A stretch of DNA of 64,000 nt from Mobula hypostoma (Eukaryota), in NCBI RefSeq assembly GCF_963921235.1, contig NC_086108.1, forward strand, positions 14,570,001-14,634,000. The letters are read 5' to 3'. How positions within the stretch are numbered: position 1 is the first letter of the stretch; the number at the start of each line of letters is the position of its first letter. A model generated the notes under the pieces. The model made no database searches and was not told the origin of the DNA. It saw nothing but the letters and a program-made list of their open reading frames with translations. A program made the translations under genes and the position numbers. Of this stretch, positions 1-11,839 are shown one piece after another.

Positions 1-267
1 ATTGGCAGGCAGGGCTACACATCAGGTTCCCGGCAGGGCAGCATACAACCCACACATTTGTCTTTTTTTGAGTACTGTGACTGTTTGAACTAGAGGACCA
101 GGGTTCCAGCTTTCTGTAAACAGGGTACTGGTGTTTTTACTGAGTGGTAATGAAAATCAATGTTAATTTCTGTGCTTCCTTATATTGGTCCCATTATGTC
201 CACAAGATTTTGATCCAGATCTGACCTTTGCATGTTTGAGTTCCTTCTGCTTATGCAACCAGAGTAA

Positions 268-453
<186 letters not shown>

Positions 454-1532
454 TGATTAGGAACTCAGGGATCCTTTCAAAATATTCAAAGCCTAGAGTG
501 AATAATGCACTACCTTGCTGATATGAAAGAAGGGGCTGATGTCATTTTTAAATGATATTGGCCATTCAGTAAAATGTTACTCAACCTCCCCTTCACATAT
601 GCGAGGTTGCTGGTCGTAAAGGTGTCACTAAAGGAAATAATGTCTTCATAAAGGAGATAATCCAACACATTAATTGCCAGAGTATTATTATCTTACATAT
701 GCCCTTCTATAATTTTTTCAGCACTTTTCAGTTTATACATGTAAGTTATGGTTAATGCAAGCAAATTGAAGTCACAAGGCTGGAGAGTTTGGCCAATAGT
801 TAGTCTCTCCTCACACTCAGACTTGGAATTGAAGAAAGATTTAGAAAACTGATGGAGGATTAAGGTCAAATCTGATTCAAAAAGAGGAATAAGCTCATTG
901 AAGATTAACACAAAGATCAAAAATAGTGGCAGGAAGGAAGTGGAAGGGTCTTTTATTAGGAAAAAGAAATACATACAAGTTTTTAAAACTTCTGGCAACA
1001 AGTTACCAACTTCTTATTTGACCTGGGTGGTTCAGTGACTTGGGAGGAACACAAATCACTTTGTTGAAAGAACCCTAGCATTCTTGATTCTTGAACCTAA
1101 CTTTCTACAGGAATCTTACTGGATAGTTGGGGTGATTGTTCTAGTATTAAGTGTTAGAATCTGGTTTTCCAGGAGAAGTTGAGGGTTAGCACCACTACAG
1201 TCTGGGTCTAGAAATTAAACCATAGACAAATGAAGAGAGATCAATACCAGACATTTCAGTATGAGCTCTTCAGGAAGAATAAGTTGCCGTAGGATTTGTG
1301 GCCTTTGACCATGGCAAAACCATGAAGATTGCCAAACGAAGCAATATTGGAACATTTAAATGGTTGTGTCCCAGGTTGTCTGGGGAGAACAGGAGGTCCC
1401 ACGAGTGAACAGAAGACCATTTTGTTGGGTAGTTAATCAAGATGTTGTCCCTCCATGGCCATTGGATCAGGCAGCACCTGTGGAGGTGGAGGGATCAGGT
1501 CAAGCCTCAATATCAGAACTGCGAGTGTAGAA

Positions 1533-1613
1533 CAGAGATTCCCAACCTGGGGTCCATGGACCCCTTGCTTAATGACATTGGTCCATGGCATGAAAAATAG
1601 TTAGGAACCCCAG
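1533..1613. mobile_element. Short hAT/Charlie-like MITE
   Basis: Degenerate TIRs CAGAGATTCCCAAC / GTTAGGAACCCCAG; 8-bp flanks GTGTAGAA / GTATAGAG resemble the NTCTAGAN target. Confidence 0.6.
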
Positions 1614-1619
1614 GTATAG

Positions 1620-2310
1620 AGAAGAGAGCCAGAATATGGAATTGTACGGGGACGGTGAGGCAAGGGCTCGTAGGTGATATGTGGAACCAGGTGAGCAGAT
1701 GATGGGCAGTTGGAGCCGACAAGGGGAGGGGCAGCATTGAGACAGAGACTAGTATATGATAGAATCAGATAAGGGAGGAATGATAGGCAGATGGAGATAA
1801 GTTGAGGAAGGAAAAGGAAATTTGAACCAAGGGAGAAGAAACCCAGGAGGACGGGTAAATGGGTGATAGGAAGATGAAATCAAGTTAGAGAGGGTGATGT
1901 CTAACATGGGGTAGAGGAGGGGCAATAGAAAAGTTGAACTGGACTTGTCTGGACTGGTAAGAGTGGGAAAGCAACACAGGGGGAAGAGGGTTAACTGAAG
2001 ATGGAAAAGTCAATGTTCAAACCTTTGGATTGTAGACCATGCAGGCAGATTATTGGGCGAAGAAGGGTCTTGGCCCAAAACGTCAATAGTTTACTCTTTT
2101 CCATAGATGCTGCCTGACCTGCTGAGTTCCTCCAGCATTTTGTGTGTGTTGCTTTGGATCCCAAGCGTCTGCAGATTCTGTCATGTTTTAGAGTATGATG
2201 TGTTGTTCCTCTGGTTTTTGGTGGACCTCAAAGAGCCAGGAGAAAGCCATTGTTGTGGGAACGAGAAAGGAAGTTGAATTTGCATGTATCCAGAAGCTTG
2301 AGCTGGCTAT
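1620..2310 (-). mobile_element. Old Penelope-like fragment with a younger PLE end nested at ~2055-2189
   Basis: GA-rich tract and gtcaatgttc...tgttgttcctc matching the GIY-YIG C-terminus at 44750-44820; the nested piece matches the PLE terminal repeat. Confidence 0.55.
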
Positions 2311-2379
2311 TGTACACAGTACAAATAGCTGATGTTTACGTACTCAGCATTTGGTCTCACCAGTGTATAGACCAAAAGA

Positions 2380-2640
2380 CAATGAGATATAGGAGCCAAA
2401 CTCATCCTGGCTGATCCACTTTCCCTCCCAGCCCCAATCTCCTGCCTTCTCCCTGTGTCCCTTTATGCCCTGACCAATCAAGAATCTTCCAACCTCTACC
2501 TTGAATATACGTAATGGCTTGGCCTCCACAACCGCCTGTGGCAACGAATTCCATAGATTCATGACCCTCTGGCTAAAGAAATTCCTCCTTATCTCCATTC
2601 TATATGCACATCCCTCTGTATGAGTCCTCATTTTGAGCAC
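2380..2640 (-). mobile_element. CR1 LINE 3' fragment
   Basis: ORF fragment RRNFFSQRVMNLWNSLPQ (CR1 ORF2 C-terminus). Confidence 0.85.
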
Positions 2641-3070
2641 CAACTGCAAAAGCACAGAAGTATAAGGTCCTGCAGTTTCGTATATGAGACCATATACTCA
2701 CATTTGTCAGCCACCTGCCATGCTTAAAACTCTCTGCCAAGTGAACAGTTGCAGATATTGAAATGAATGTGAACCTGCCTATTAATTCACTAGTTGATAG
2801 GAACACCAAATGGAGAAACTGCATTCTGTTCTCACTATTTACATTTCCAGCAAAGAATCAGCAGTTTGGGACCGTTCTGGGTCTGCCATAACTACACTGA
2901 TTACTTGTTGATTGTCATGTGATTTGTTTCTTTGCTGGGTGGAGGATTTGGTTTGGGATTCTCTGCAATAAGGACAACCTTCTCCAATCAGGGCCGGTAC
3001 TACATTTTTAAAAAGACTGTCTTATCGGTTTGTCAGCTCACTTTCTGAATGCCTTAACTCTGATGAAAAG

Positions 3071-3138
3071 ACACCTTGCTGAATGTGTTTCTGGCAATCG
3101 CAGTCGATAATCTAGCTAATGCCCAGGAATTGACCAAG
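3071..3138 (+). CDS. CACNA1E: Exon: IIS6 (YTLLNVFLAIAVDNLANAQELTK)
   Basis: 68 nt; invariant Cav2 IIS6 sequence; AAG|GTAGTG donor. Confidence 0.96.
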
Positions 3139-5405
3139 GTAGTGCCTGATTATAATTATTTCAATGTCCAACTGATAGAAAAGAGGCCCACTGCAGATTC
3201 CTTCAAATACACTTTGGCTGAGCCGCTAGTACATGTTCCATACAACAGAGATCAGTGCAGAGATGTTATTTAAATTCCACACAATACACATGGAGAGCAA
3301 TAAACTGAGCAAATAGACCTTCAAACATAGCAGCAGAATTAGACCATTCAGGCCATCCGGTCTGTTCTGCCATTTCATCATAGCTGATACATTTCACTCT
3401 CATCCCTATTCTCCTGCCATCTCCCCGTAACCTTTCACGATCTGACTTATCGAGCATCTATCAAACTTCGCCTTCAGTGCATCCAATGACCTGGTCTCCA
3501 CAACCGCATGTGGCAAAAAATTCCACAGATTCACCACCTTCTGGCTAAAGAAATTCCTCCTTATCTCCGTTCTAAAGCAATGTCCCTGTAGTCTATGCCC
3601 TCTGGTCTTAGACTCCTCAACCATAGGAAACATCTGCTCCACATCCACTCTACTGAGGCCTTTCATTGTGAGATAGCTTTTAAAAAGAATCTCTCTGAGA
3701 TGACAACTTCTAAATTCTAGTGAGTAAGGACCCAGAGCAATCAATTGCTCCTCATACAATAAGCCTTTCATTCCCGGAATCATTCTCATGAACCTCATCT
3801 GAACTCCCTCCAATGCCAGCACATCCTTTCTTAAATAAGGGGCCCAAAATTGACCACAGTACTATGAGTGAGGGCTCACCAGTGCCTTATAAAGTCTCAG
3901 CAATACATCATTGCTTTGATATTCTAGTCCTCTCAAAATGAACGCTAACATTGTATTTGCCTTCCTCACCACCAACTTAACCTGCAAATTGACCTTGAGG
4001 AAATCATGCATGAGGACTCCCAAGTCCCTTTGCACTGTGGATTTTTGAGTTTTCTCCCCATTTAGAAAGTAGTCTATACTTTTATTCCTTTCCACCAAAG
4101 TGTATGACCATACATTTCCCGACACTGTATGCCATTTGCCACTTCCTTGCTCATTTTCCTAATCTATCCAAGTCCTTCTGCAGCCTCCCTGCTTGCTCAA
4201 CACTACCTGCCCCTCCACCTGTCTTTGTATCATCTACAAACCAGCCACAAAGCCATTAATTCTATCATCCAAATCATTGACATACAATGTAAAATAGGTG
4301 GTTCCAACACAGACCCCTGTCACCGGGAGCTAATCAGAAAAAGCTGCTTTATTCCCACTCCTTTCTTCCTGCTAATCAGCTACTGCTCTATCCATGCTAG
4401 TACCTTTCTCGTAATATCATGGGCTCTTATCTTGTTAAGCAGCCATATGTGCAGCTCCATGTCAAAAGCCTTCTGAAAATCCAAGTACACAACATTCACT
4501 AATTCTCCTTTGTCTATCCTGCTTGTTATTTCCTCAATGAATATTAACAGATTTGCTAGGCAAGATTTTCTCTTAAGGAAACCATGCTGACTTCGGCCTA
4601 TTTTACCAACTACTCCAAAACCACATCCTTAACAATCAACTCCAATGTCTTCCCTACCACTGAGGTCAGACTAACTGGCCTATAATTATCTTTCTTCTGC
4701 CTCTCTCCCTTCTTGATCAGTGGTGTGAAATTTGCAATTTTCCAATCCTCTGAAACCATTCCAGAATCAAATGATTCTTGAAAGATCACGACTAATGCCT
4801 CCACAATCTTCAGCTATCTCTTTCAGAACCCTGGGGTGTAGTCCATCTGGTCCAGGTGATATCTACCTTCAGACCTCTCAGCTTTCCAAGCATTTCTCCC
4901 TAGTAACAGAAACTGCATCCACTTGTCAGCCACAGTTGCTTCAACCTGCAGTTAGAATGCTTCTTTGGGATGTATCTATCCTGCATCTTCAGAATGCTCC
5001 CAGAAACTCTAGCCATTGCTGCTTTGCTGTCATCCCTGCCACTGTCCCCTTTTCCAGTCAACTTTAGCCAGTTCACCTTTCATTCCTCCTTTTACTCCAC
5101 TTTAATAATGATACATAGGACTTTAGTTTCTTCCTCTCAAATTGAAGGATGAATTCTATTAATATTATGATTACTGCCTCCTCAGGGTGCCTTTACCTTA
5201 AGCTTCCTAATCAAATCTGGTTCATTACACAGCACCCAATCCAGAATAACTGATCCCCTAGTGGGCTCAATCAGAAGCTGCCCTAAAAAAAAGCCATCTA
5301 CAAGTTCAAACAATAGGAATTCTGCAGATGCTGGAAATTCAAGCAACACACATAAAAGTTGCTGGTGAATGCAGCAGGCTAGGCAGCATCTCTAGGAAGA
5401 GGTGC

Positions 5406-5441
5406 AGTCGACATTTCAGGCCGAGACCCTTCGTCAGGACT
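5406..5441 (-). ncRNA. Minimal type I hammerhead ribozyme motif (PLE-type)
   Basis: Minus strand reads AGUC-CUGACGA-AGG-GUCUCGG-CCU-GAAA-UG-UC-GACU: helix I AGUC/GACU, intact core, stem II AGG/CCU. Confidence 0.75.
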
Positions 5442-5463
5442 AAGTGAAGGAAGCACTTCAGTT

Positions 5464-5499
5464 AGTCCTGACGAAGGGTCTCGGCCTGAAATGTCAACT
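5464..5499 (+). ncRNA. Minimal type I hammerhead ribozyme motif (PLE-type)
   Basis: AGUC-CUGACGA-AGG-GUCUCGG-CCU-GAAA-UG-UC-AACU; one helix I mismatch. Confidence 0.65.
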
Positions 5500-6254
5500 G
5501 CACCTCTTCCTAGAGATGCTGCCTGGCCTGCTGCGTTCACCAGAAACTTTTATGTGTGTTGCATCTACAAATTCTGTCTCTTAGGATCCAGCACCTACCT
5601 GATTTTCTCTGAGATTCCATCCATACAGAGAAGGGCAGATACACTATGTAACATAGATTTCATATAATGTAGTCAGAGGTCACAGACACTATACAGAGAA
5701 CATTAAATACGTCAGTACAGGCTCCTTACAATACAGCCTGCTATGAGAGTCAAATGAGAAGATTGTTGGGGCCCTGACTTGCAACTTTTTGCAACTTCAT
5801 TGGCAATAAATGAGGTGCTAGAAGGCCAGAGGGCAGTAAATGTTTTTACTTTGTTAAAGAAGGGCAGCAATGATAAGCCCACAGGCCAGTGAGTATTGCA
5901 TCAATTGTAGGAAAACTATTGCAAAAATACCCTATTCTCCTGCCTTCTCCCCGTAACCTTTCACGCTCCGACTTACCAAGAATCTATCGACCTTTGCCTT
6001 AAATGCATCCAGTGACCTGTCAGATTCCATACATTATGGTCAAGATGAAAGAACACGCTTCAAATTCCATACAATGTAGACGAGGAGAGAAGCATTATAT
6101 AAGATTCTATGGAAACAGACTGCAGCAGAGATACTGAACAAATTCCATACTTAGAAGGCTCAATGTACAGATTCTCTTCAATACAGTTCCAGGGTATAAA
6201 AGTTTCAGGTGTGCTGGGAGTGGGTTAGTGATCTTAAATGCAGTATTATTTGTT

Positions 6255-6535
6255 GATTTTATTTTATTTAGAGATACAATGTGGAATATACCCTTCCTGC
6301 CCACCACCCCAACAACCCTCAACAACTCAATCATGGGACGATTTACAATGGCCAATTAACCTATCTAGTAGGTCTTATGACTGTAGGAGGATACCAGAGT
6401 ACCTGGGGAAAACCCCTGCATTCCATGGGGAGGACGTATAGAGACTCCTTACAGAGGACACCAGAATTGAACTCTGAACCCCAACTCCCCAAGCTGTAAT
6501 AATGTCGTGCTAACTGCTAAGCTACTGTGGTGCCC
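6255..6535 (-). mobile_element. HE1/V-SINE-like tRNA-derived SINE
   Basis: Shared core (ccaattaaccta...tctttggactgtgggagga...aaacc) with copies at 34248-34460 (+), 49640-49930 and 58325-58575. Confidence 0.7.
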
Positions 6536-6559
6536 CAATTAATTCGGAATTAATTTAGG

Positions 6560-8880
6560 AGAATAAGATGGCAATATAGAAGAAGAATGTCTTGGAAGGT
6601 TCTTCCAATGAGGCATTATCAATGCAACTTTGAAATAAGACCAGGACAATCATTTTGCTTGGGTTACACTGCAGTCCACCCCAACATTCATCAGGACACA
6701 GAGGATCAGATATGTAGACAAATGACAGAAAAGTGAAAGAGAATAAGGATATAGTAGTGGGGGTTTCAGTTCCGCCCAGTACTGACTAGGATTGCCTTTA
6801 TATAGGGTTTGGACGAGGAGGACTTTGTGAAGAGCACCCAAGGGAGTTTTTGAGACAACACTTAGGAAATGAACTGGACATGCGGTGGAAGTTTCAATGG
6901 GGGGGATTTGGGTAAGAATGATCATTATTCTGTAAGTTTCAGGTAATAATCGAGTGGGATGAGGATGATCGAGAATTTAAGGTCCTATATTGAGGGAAGG
7001 CTGGTTTTTATAGCATAAGAGAGGACCTGGTGAAATTAGATTGGGAACAGATGCTTGCGGGTAAAACAACAGATTTTTTTTCCAGAAGAGATACACATAG
7101 TTCAGGACCAACAGGTTCCGGTAAGTGCAAAAGGTAAGGATGACAAGGTCAGGTGTAAAGGACCATAGAGGGTTGATGAGAAAAAAGGAAACATAACTGG
7201 TACATGCATCTCAAAATGGAGAATCCTTTAAGTGTAGAAGAGTACTTAAAGATAAAAGGACCCATGAAATACCATTGGCAGACAAGATTGAGAAGAATCC
7301 TGAGACGCTTTATGAGTATATTGAAAGCAAGTTGTCACTCTTTCCCTGGTTACTATCTGTGGAGTCAAGGAATGTGATCAAAGTTCTGAATAAATATCTG
7401 CTGGATATTTACCAAGGAGAAAGACATTGTAGATGGAGAAATCAGATCAAGGAAAAGTGATATTCTGGAGCATGTGAGTATTAAGGAGGAGCTGTGAGAT
7501 GCCCAGAGCCAAATGAGACGTATCTTCAGCTGCTATGAGAGTCAAATGAGAAGATTGTTGGGGCCCTGATAGAGATTTTTGCAACTTCATTGGCAATAGA
7601 TGAGGTGCTAGGAGGCTAGAGGGCAGTAAATAATGTTACTTTGTTAAAGAAGGGCAACAATGATAAGCCCACAGGCCAGTGAGTATTGCATCAATTGCAG
7701 GGAAAGTATTGCAAAAAAAAGTTCTAAGAGACCAGATTTATCTACACTGGGAAAGGTAAGGATTGATCAGGATGGCTTTTATTTTGTGGGAAAGAGTTAA
7801 CTGAGATTATTCCCAAGGACAATGCATTGATGTTTTCCACAGGGATGTCTGGACTTTGACAAGGTTGTGCATTGTACGCAGGTCCATGGGATGTAGGGTA
7901 AGTTGGCAGAGTGGATGCAAATATCTCCTAGTGATATGAGACAGAAGATGAAGATGGAAAGAAGATTTTCTGACTGGAAAGCTGTAAATGTAGGAGGTAC
8001 AATTAGTTGGTTTGTGAATAACATGAATACATGGTGTTACGCAGTGTGAGGAGGGTTGTCTAAGGCTACAGCTGGATATATTTCAGATGGAAGGTTGGGT
8101 AGAACATTGGCAGATCCAATTTAATTCCAACACAAATATTTTGAGAGGGAAAATGAGGGCAGGAGATATACAGTAAATGCTAGGCCTTTCTGAATCCTGA
8201 GGCACACGTCCATAAATCAATGAAAGTAGCTTCACAGGTGGATGGAAAGCTGAAAAACACAATATGAGATGCTTGCCCTCATCAGCTATAGCACAGCATA
8301 TAAGAGCTGAGATATCATATTATAAATTCATTGTGTGTCAGGCCACAGCTGGAGTATTGTGTGCAGTTCTAGTCACCACACCATGGGACAGATATGATTG
8401 CACTGGAGAGAGTGCAGAGGAGAATTGCAGCATGCATTGGATGGAATGTCTCAGCTATAAGAAGACACTGGATAAGCTGGGATTGTTTTCCCTGAAGCAG
8501 AGACTGAGGGTAGACGTAATAGGTACACACAGAATTTTGTGTGTGATTGATAGAGTCAATAGTAAGACTTTTTTTTTTCCCAATGGTGGGGGTGTCTCAG
8601 GCTGGAAGGCATAGTTTGAAGGTGAGAGTTAGGTGAGTTGGAGGGGATCTGAAGGAGATCTATTTTCAACCAGAGGGTGGTTTAAGTTACAATCGAAGTG
8701 TCAAAGGTGGCATTAGGTAGTCTCACAACATGTAAAGGAACATCTAGACAAACACTTGAAATACCAAGAACTTTAAGAAAAGGAATCTTTGTGTGAATGC
8801 AGGGTCAGTAAAGATGGGTGCTGTGGTCGGCACAGATGTGGTGAATGAAGGGCATGATCCTGTGCTCTTCAATGCCATGG
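6560..8880 (+). mobile_element. Old CR1 LINE
   Basis: Degenerate endonuclease/RT/C-terminal CR1 sequence, e.g. LDKLGLFSL. Confidence 0.75.
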
Positions 8881-9074
8881 CTTTATATCAAGCTGCAACA
8901 GAAACACTTAACAGATTCCCAACAATACAAATGGAACTGAGGCACTATACAGAATTATGACAATACATACCAGGGTCTGAATACTGCATATGTAGATTAT
9001 ATACAGTACAGACTGGGTGAAGATACTGATTAATTCCATTATAGATATAGTATAAATAGATTGAGTGAGGGTAC

Positions 9075-10445
9075 TACATAGAACATACAACAGTACAGCT
9101 CACAAACAGTTCCTTCAACCCACAATGTTGGCCATTTGATTTCTGATTTCCTCCAGGACCTCTCCTGTGACTAGTGAGGACACAAAGATATTGGTCAAGA
9201 TCTCTTCTCTTGCCTCTATCAATAACCTGGGCTATATCCCATCAGGCCTGTGAGACTTATCCAACTTAACGCTCTTAACCTCAAAATGCTCGAGCATAGC
9301 TCAGCACTCATCTCCCTAACGTCCATGTCCTTCTCCTTGGTAAATACTGATGAAAAGTACTCATGAAGGACCTCACCCACATCCTCCACATCCAAGTAAA
9401 TGTTCCCCCCTTATCCTTGATTAGTCCTACCCTCCAATATTTATCCTCTTGCTCTTGATGCATGTATAATTCTTTAGAATTCTCTTTAATCTTACTTGCC
9501 AAGGACTTTCTCATCCCCTCCTGGCCTATCTAATTCCCTTGTAGAGTTTTTTGGGTTCTTTATATTCCTCAAGAGCAGTGTTTGTTTCCAGCTTCCGACA
9601 CTTTAAACCTTGCCTCCTTCTTGTTGATTTAACATCTAAGGTTCTCTTATCTTGTTATCCTTACTCTTTCTTCTTACTGGAACATACCCGTCCTGTACTC
9701 TGTGCAGTTGGTCTTTAAACACTCTCCACATGTTGGATGTGGACGCCCAAGAACAGCTGTTTCCAGCTAACTGTCCCTCGTTCCTGCCTAATGCTCTTGT
9801 AATTTGCCCTGCTACAATTTAACACTCTCCTGCAAGATCCAGGTTTATCCTCATCTGCAGTTTTCTTAAACTTTAAGGACTCGAGGTCGCCGTTCCCCAA
9901 CTGCTCACCTACTGAAAGGTTACTCACCTGGCCAGGCTCATTACCCAACAGCAGATCCAGTACAGCCCCTCCTTTTTTTTGGACCATCTACATGTTGATT
10001 TAAGAAACACTCCTAGGTGCACCTAACAAATTTTGCCCCATCTAAAGCATTTGAACTCAGAAGGTTCCTGTTTATTTTAGAGAAGTTGAGGTCCCCCATG
10101 ACAACAACCCTATCCGTTTTACAGCTTTCCCTAATCTGCCTGCATATCTGTTCCTGAATGTGCTGATGGCTATTGGAGGGTCTGTAGTACAATCCCATCA
10201 GAGTGATTGCACCCTTCCTATTTTTGAGTCCTAACCGCATCGACTCAGTGGATGAGCCTTCCATCATGTCCACTGAGTGCGGCTGTGATATTAATAGTGC
10301 AACCTCCACCCCCCCCCCCCTTACCTCCCTCGCAATCTTTTCTACAACATTGAAACACTGGAACATTGGCATCCGTTCCTCTCCTTCTCTTAACCAAGTC
10401 CCTGTTAAAGCTGCAACTCCATAGGTCCCTGTACTGATCTAGGCT
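9075..10445 (-). mobile_element. CR1 LINE fragments (endonuclease region and 3' tail)
   Basis: ORF motifs GLYYRP, VVMGDLNF, LDLLLGNEPGQV. Confidence 0.85.
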
Positions 10446-10899
10446 CAAAGTTCAGCCCCTCTCTATCTCTCTGATCTCTCATTCTGCTGAAAGCATTGAT
10501 TCTATAAAATACAGACTGAGTGAAGATACCATATAGATTCCATACAATACATACTGGGGGTGAGGATGCTGTAAAGACTCATGCAATGCAGACTAGCCTT
10601 GGGTACTTTATGGGTCAAACAATGCAGATTATTTCTTTGATTTCACACTTTCAGGCCTGTTTTGATCAAATCCAGACAATTTAGAAGACTGATGCTGGTA
10701 CTAGTTTCAAATACAAGTTACAATTATTCCTATTTACGGGTATTTGAATCACTGTTCACTATAGTGATTGAAATTATGCTGATTTAGTCAGACATAGTGG
10801 GTTTGAGTTCTATTTCAAATTGAACATCTAATTTAGTCTGACACCAATTCATCATGAAGCTGTTCTGCAGTGCCACAGGGGCAGTTCTGCTACAACACT

Positions 10900-11215
10900 G
10901 CTCTTTGGGAGGGGCAGTGCTAAGGGAGAGTCTTACTGTGAGTGAGGCAGTATTGATGGCGTCATACTGTCAGTGGAGCAGTACTGAGGGGAGGCCATAC
11001 TGTGCAGCAGTATTGAGGGAGAGTCACAGTGTCAGTGGAGCAGTATTGAGAGAGTAATACTGTGGGGCAGTACTGAGAAAGAGCCATACTGTGTGGGGCA
11101 GCATTGTCTGAGAGTCATGCTGTGAGTGGGGCATATCGAGGGAGAGTCATACTGTGAGTGGTGCAGTATTGAGAGAGGTTAATACTGTGGGGCAGTATTG
11201 AGGGAGTGCAGCATA
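10900..11215. repeat. Minisatellite, ~30-35 bp unit (GGGGCAGTATTGAGGGAGAGTCATACTGTGAGT-like)
   Basis: About ten degenerate tandem copies visible. Confidence 0.8.
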
Positions 11216-11481
11216 TCAAAGGGAACGTAGCAAGGCAGTACTTCACACTTGGGGAGGAATGGATGATTGTTGCTCTGTCAGTTATAAGTAAAGATCACAG
11301 CTACAATCTGTGTTTGTAAAATAACTCATGGCACTATTCTGAGGAAGAACACTTTGAATTCTATTCCTATACATCAAGATAGAGGTGCAGGAGGCTCTTC
11401 CTTATTTCTGATTGAACATTCCTGTCTAGGTTATGAAAGTTAAGGACACCAAAGATTCATGGCATTTCACCTTTGTTCCAG

Positions 11482-11579
11482 GAGGAGCAGGAAGAGGAGG
11501 AAGCCATCAACCAGAAACATGCTCTGCAGAAGGCAAAAGAAGTCAGCCCCATGTCTGCCCCAGGGTTCCCCTCTACGGA
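11482..11579 (+). CDS. CACNA1E: Exon: start of II-III loop ([33 protein letters not shown])
   Basis: ttccag acceptor, GA|GTGAGT donor; 98 nt; [16 protein letters not shown] is Cav2.3-type. Confidence 0.95.
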
Positions 11580-11839
11580 GTGAGTGGAAGAAACATTAAT
11601 ACACACTTAATAAAATAACCCCTCCCTCCCTCCTAATGGTGTGTCTCCATTTTTCTTTCTCTCTCTCTCCCTCACTCCCTCTCTTCCCCTGTCTCTCTAC
11701 CCATCTTCCTCTTCCCAAATCCTCCTCCCATTTCTATTCCCTTTCCCACTGCCCTTCCCTCCAACCTATTTTCATCCCCTTCTCCTCCTGGTTCTATCCA
11801 CTCCCTGCACACACTGTCACAGTCTTCTAGTAAGCAGTA

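Larger units (their letters stand above)
5304..5561. mobile_element. Palindromic Penelope-like mini-element (two inverted terminal repeats)
   Basis: Arms ~5343-5443 and ~5462-5562 are near-perfect reverse complements; TSD CATCTACAA at 5295-5303 and 5562-5570. Confidence 0.85.
3325..5610 (-). mobile_element. CR1 LINE (decayed ORF2 endonuclease/RT), interrupted by a PLE hairpin
   Basis: ORF fragments WKIANFTPLIKKG, NYRPVSLTSVVGK, RDLGV, RRNFFSQKVVNLWN. Confidence 0.9.

Noticed and set aside
10900..11215. Regularly spaced repeats resembling a CRISPR array
   Set aside because: Eukaryotic context, degenerate tandem units without unique spacers, no cas genes.
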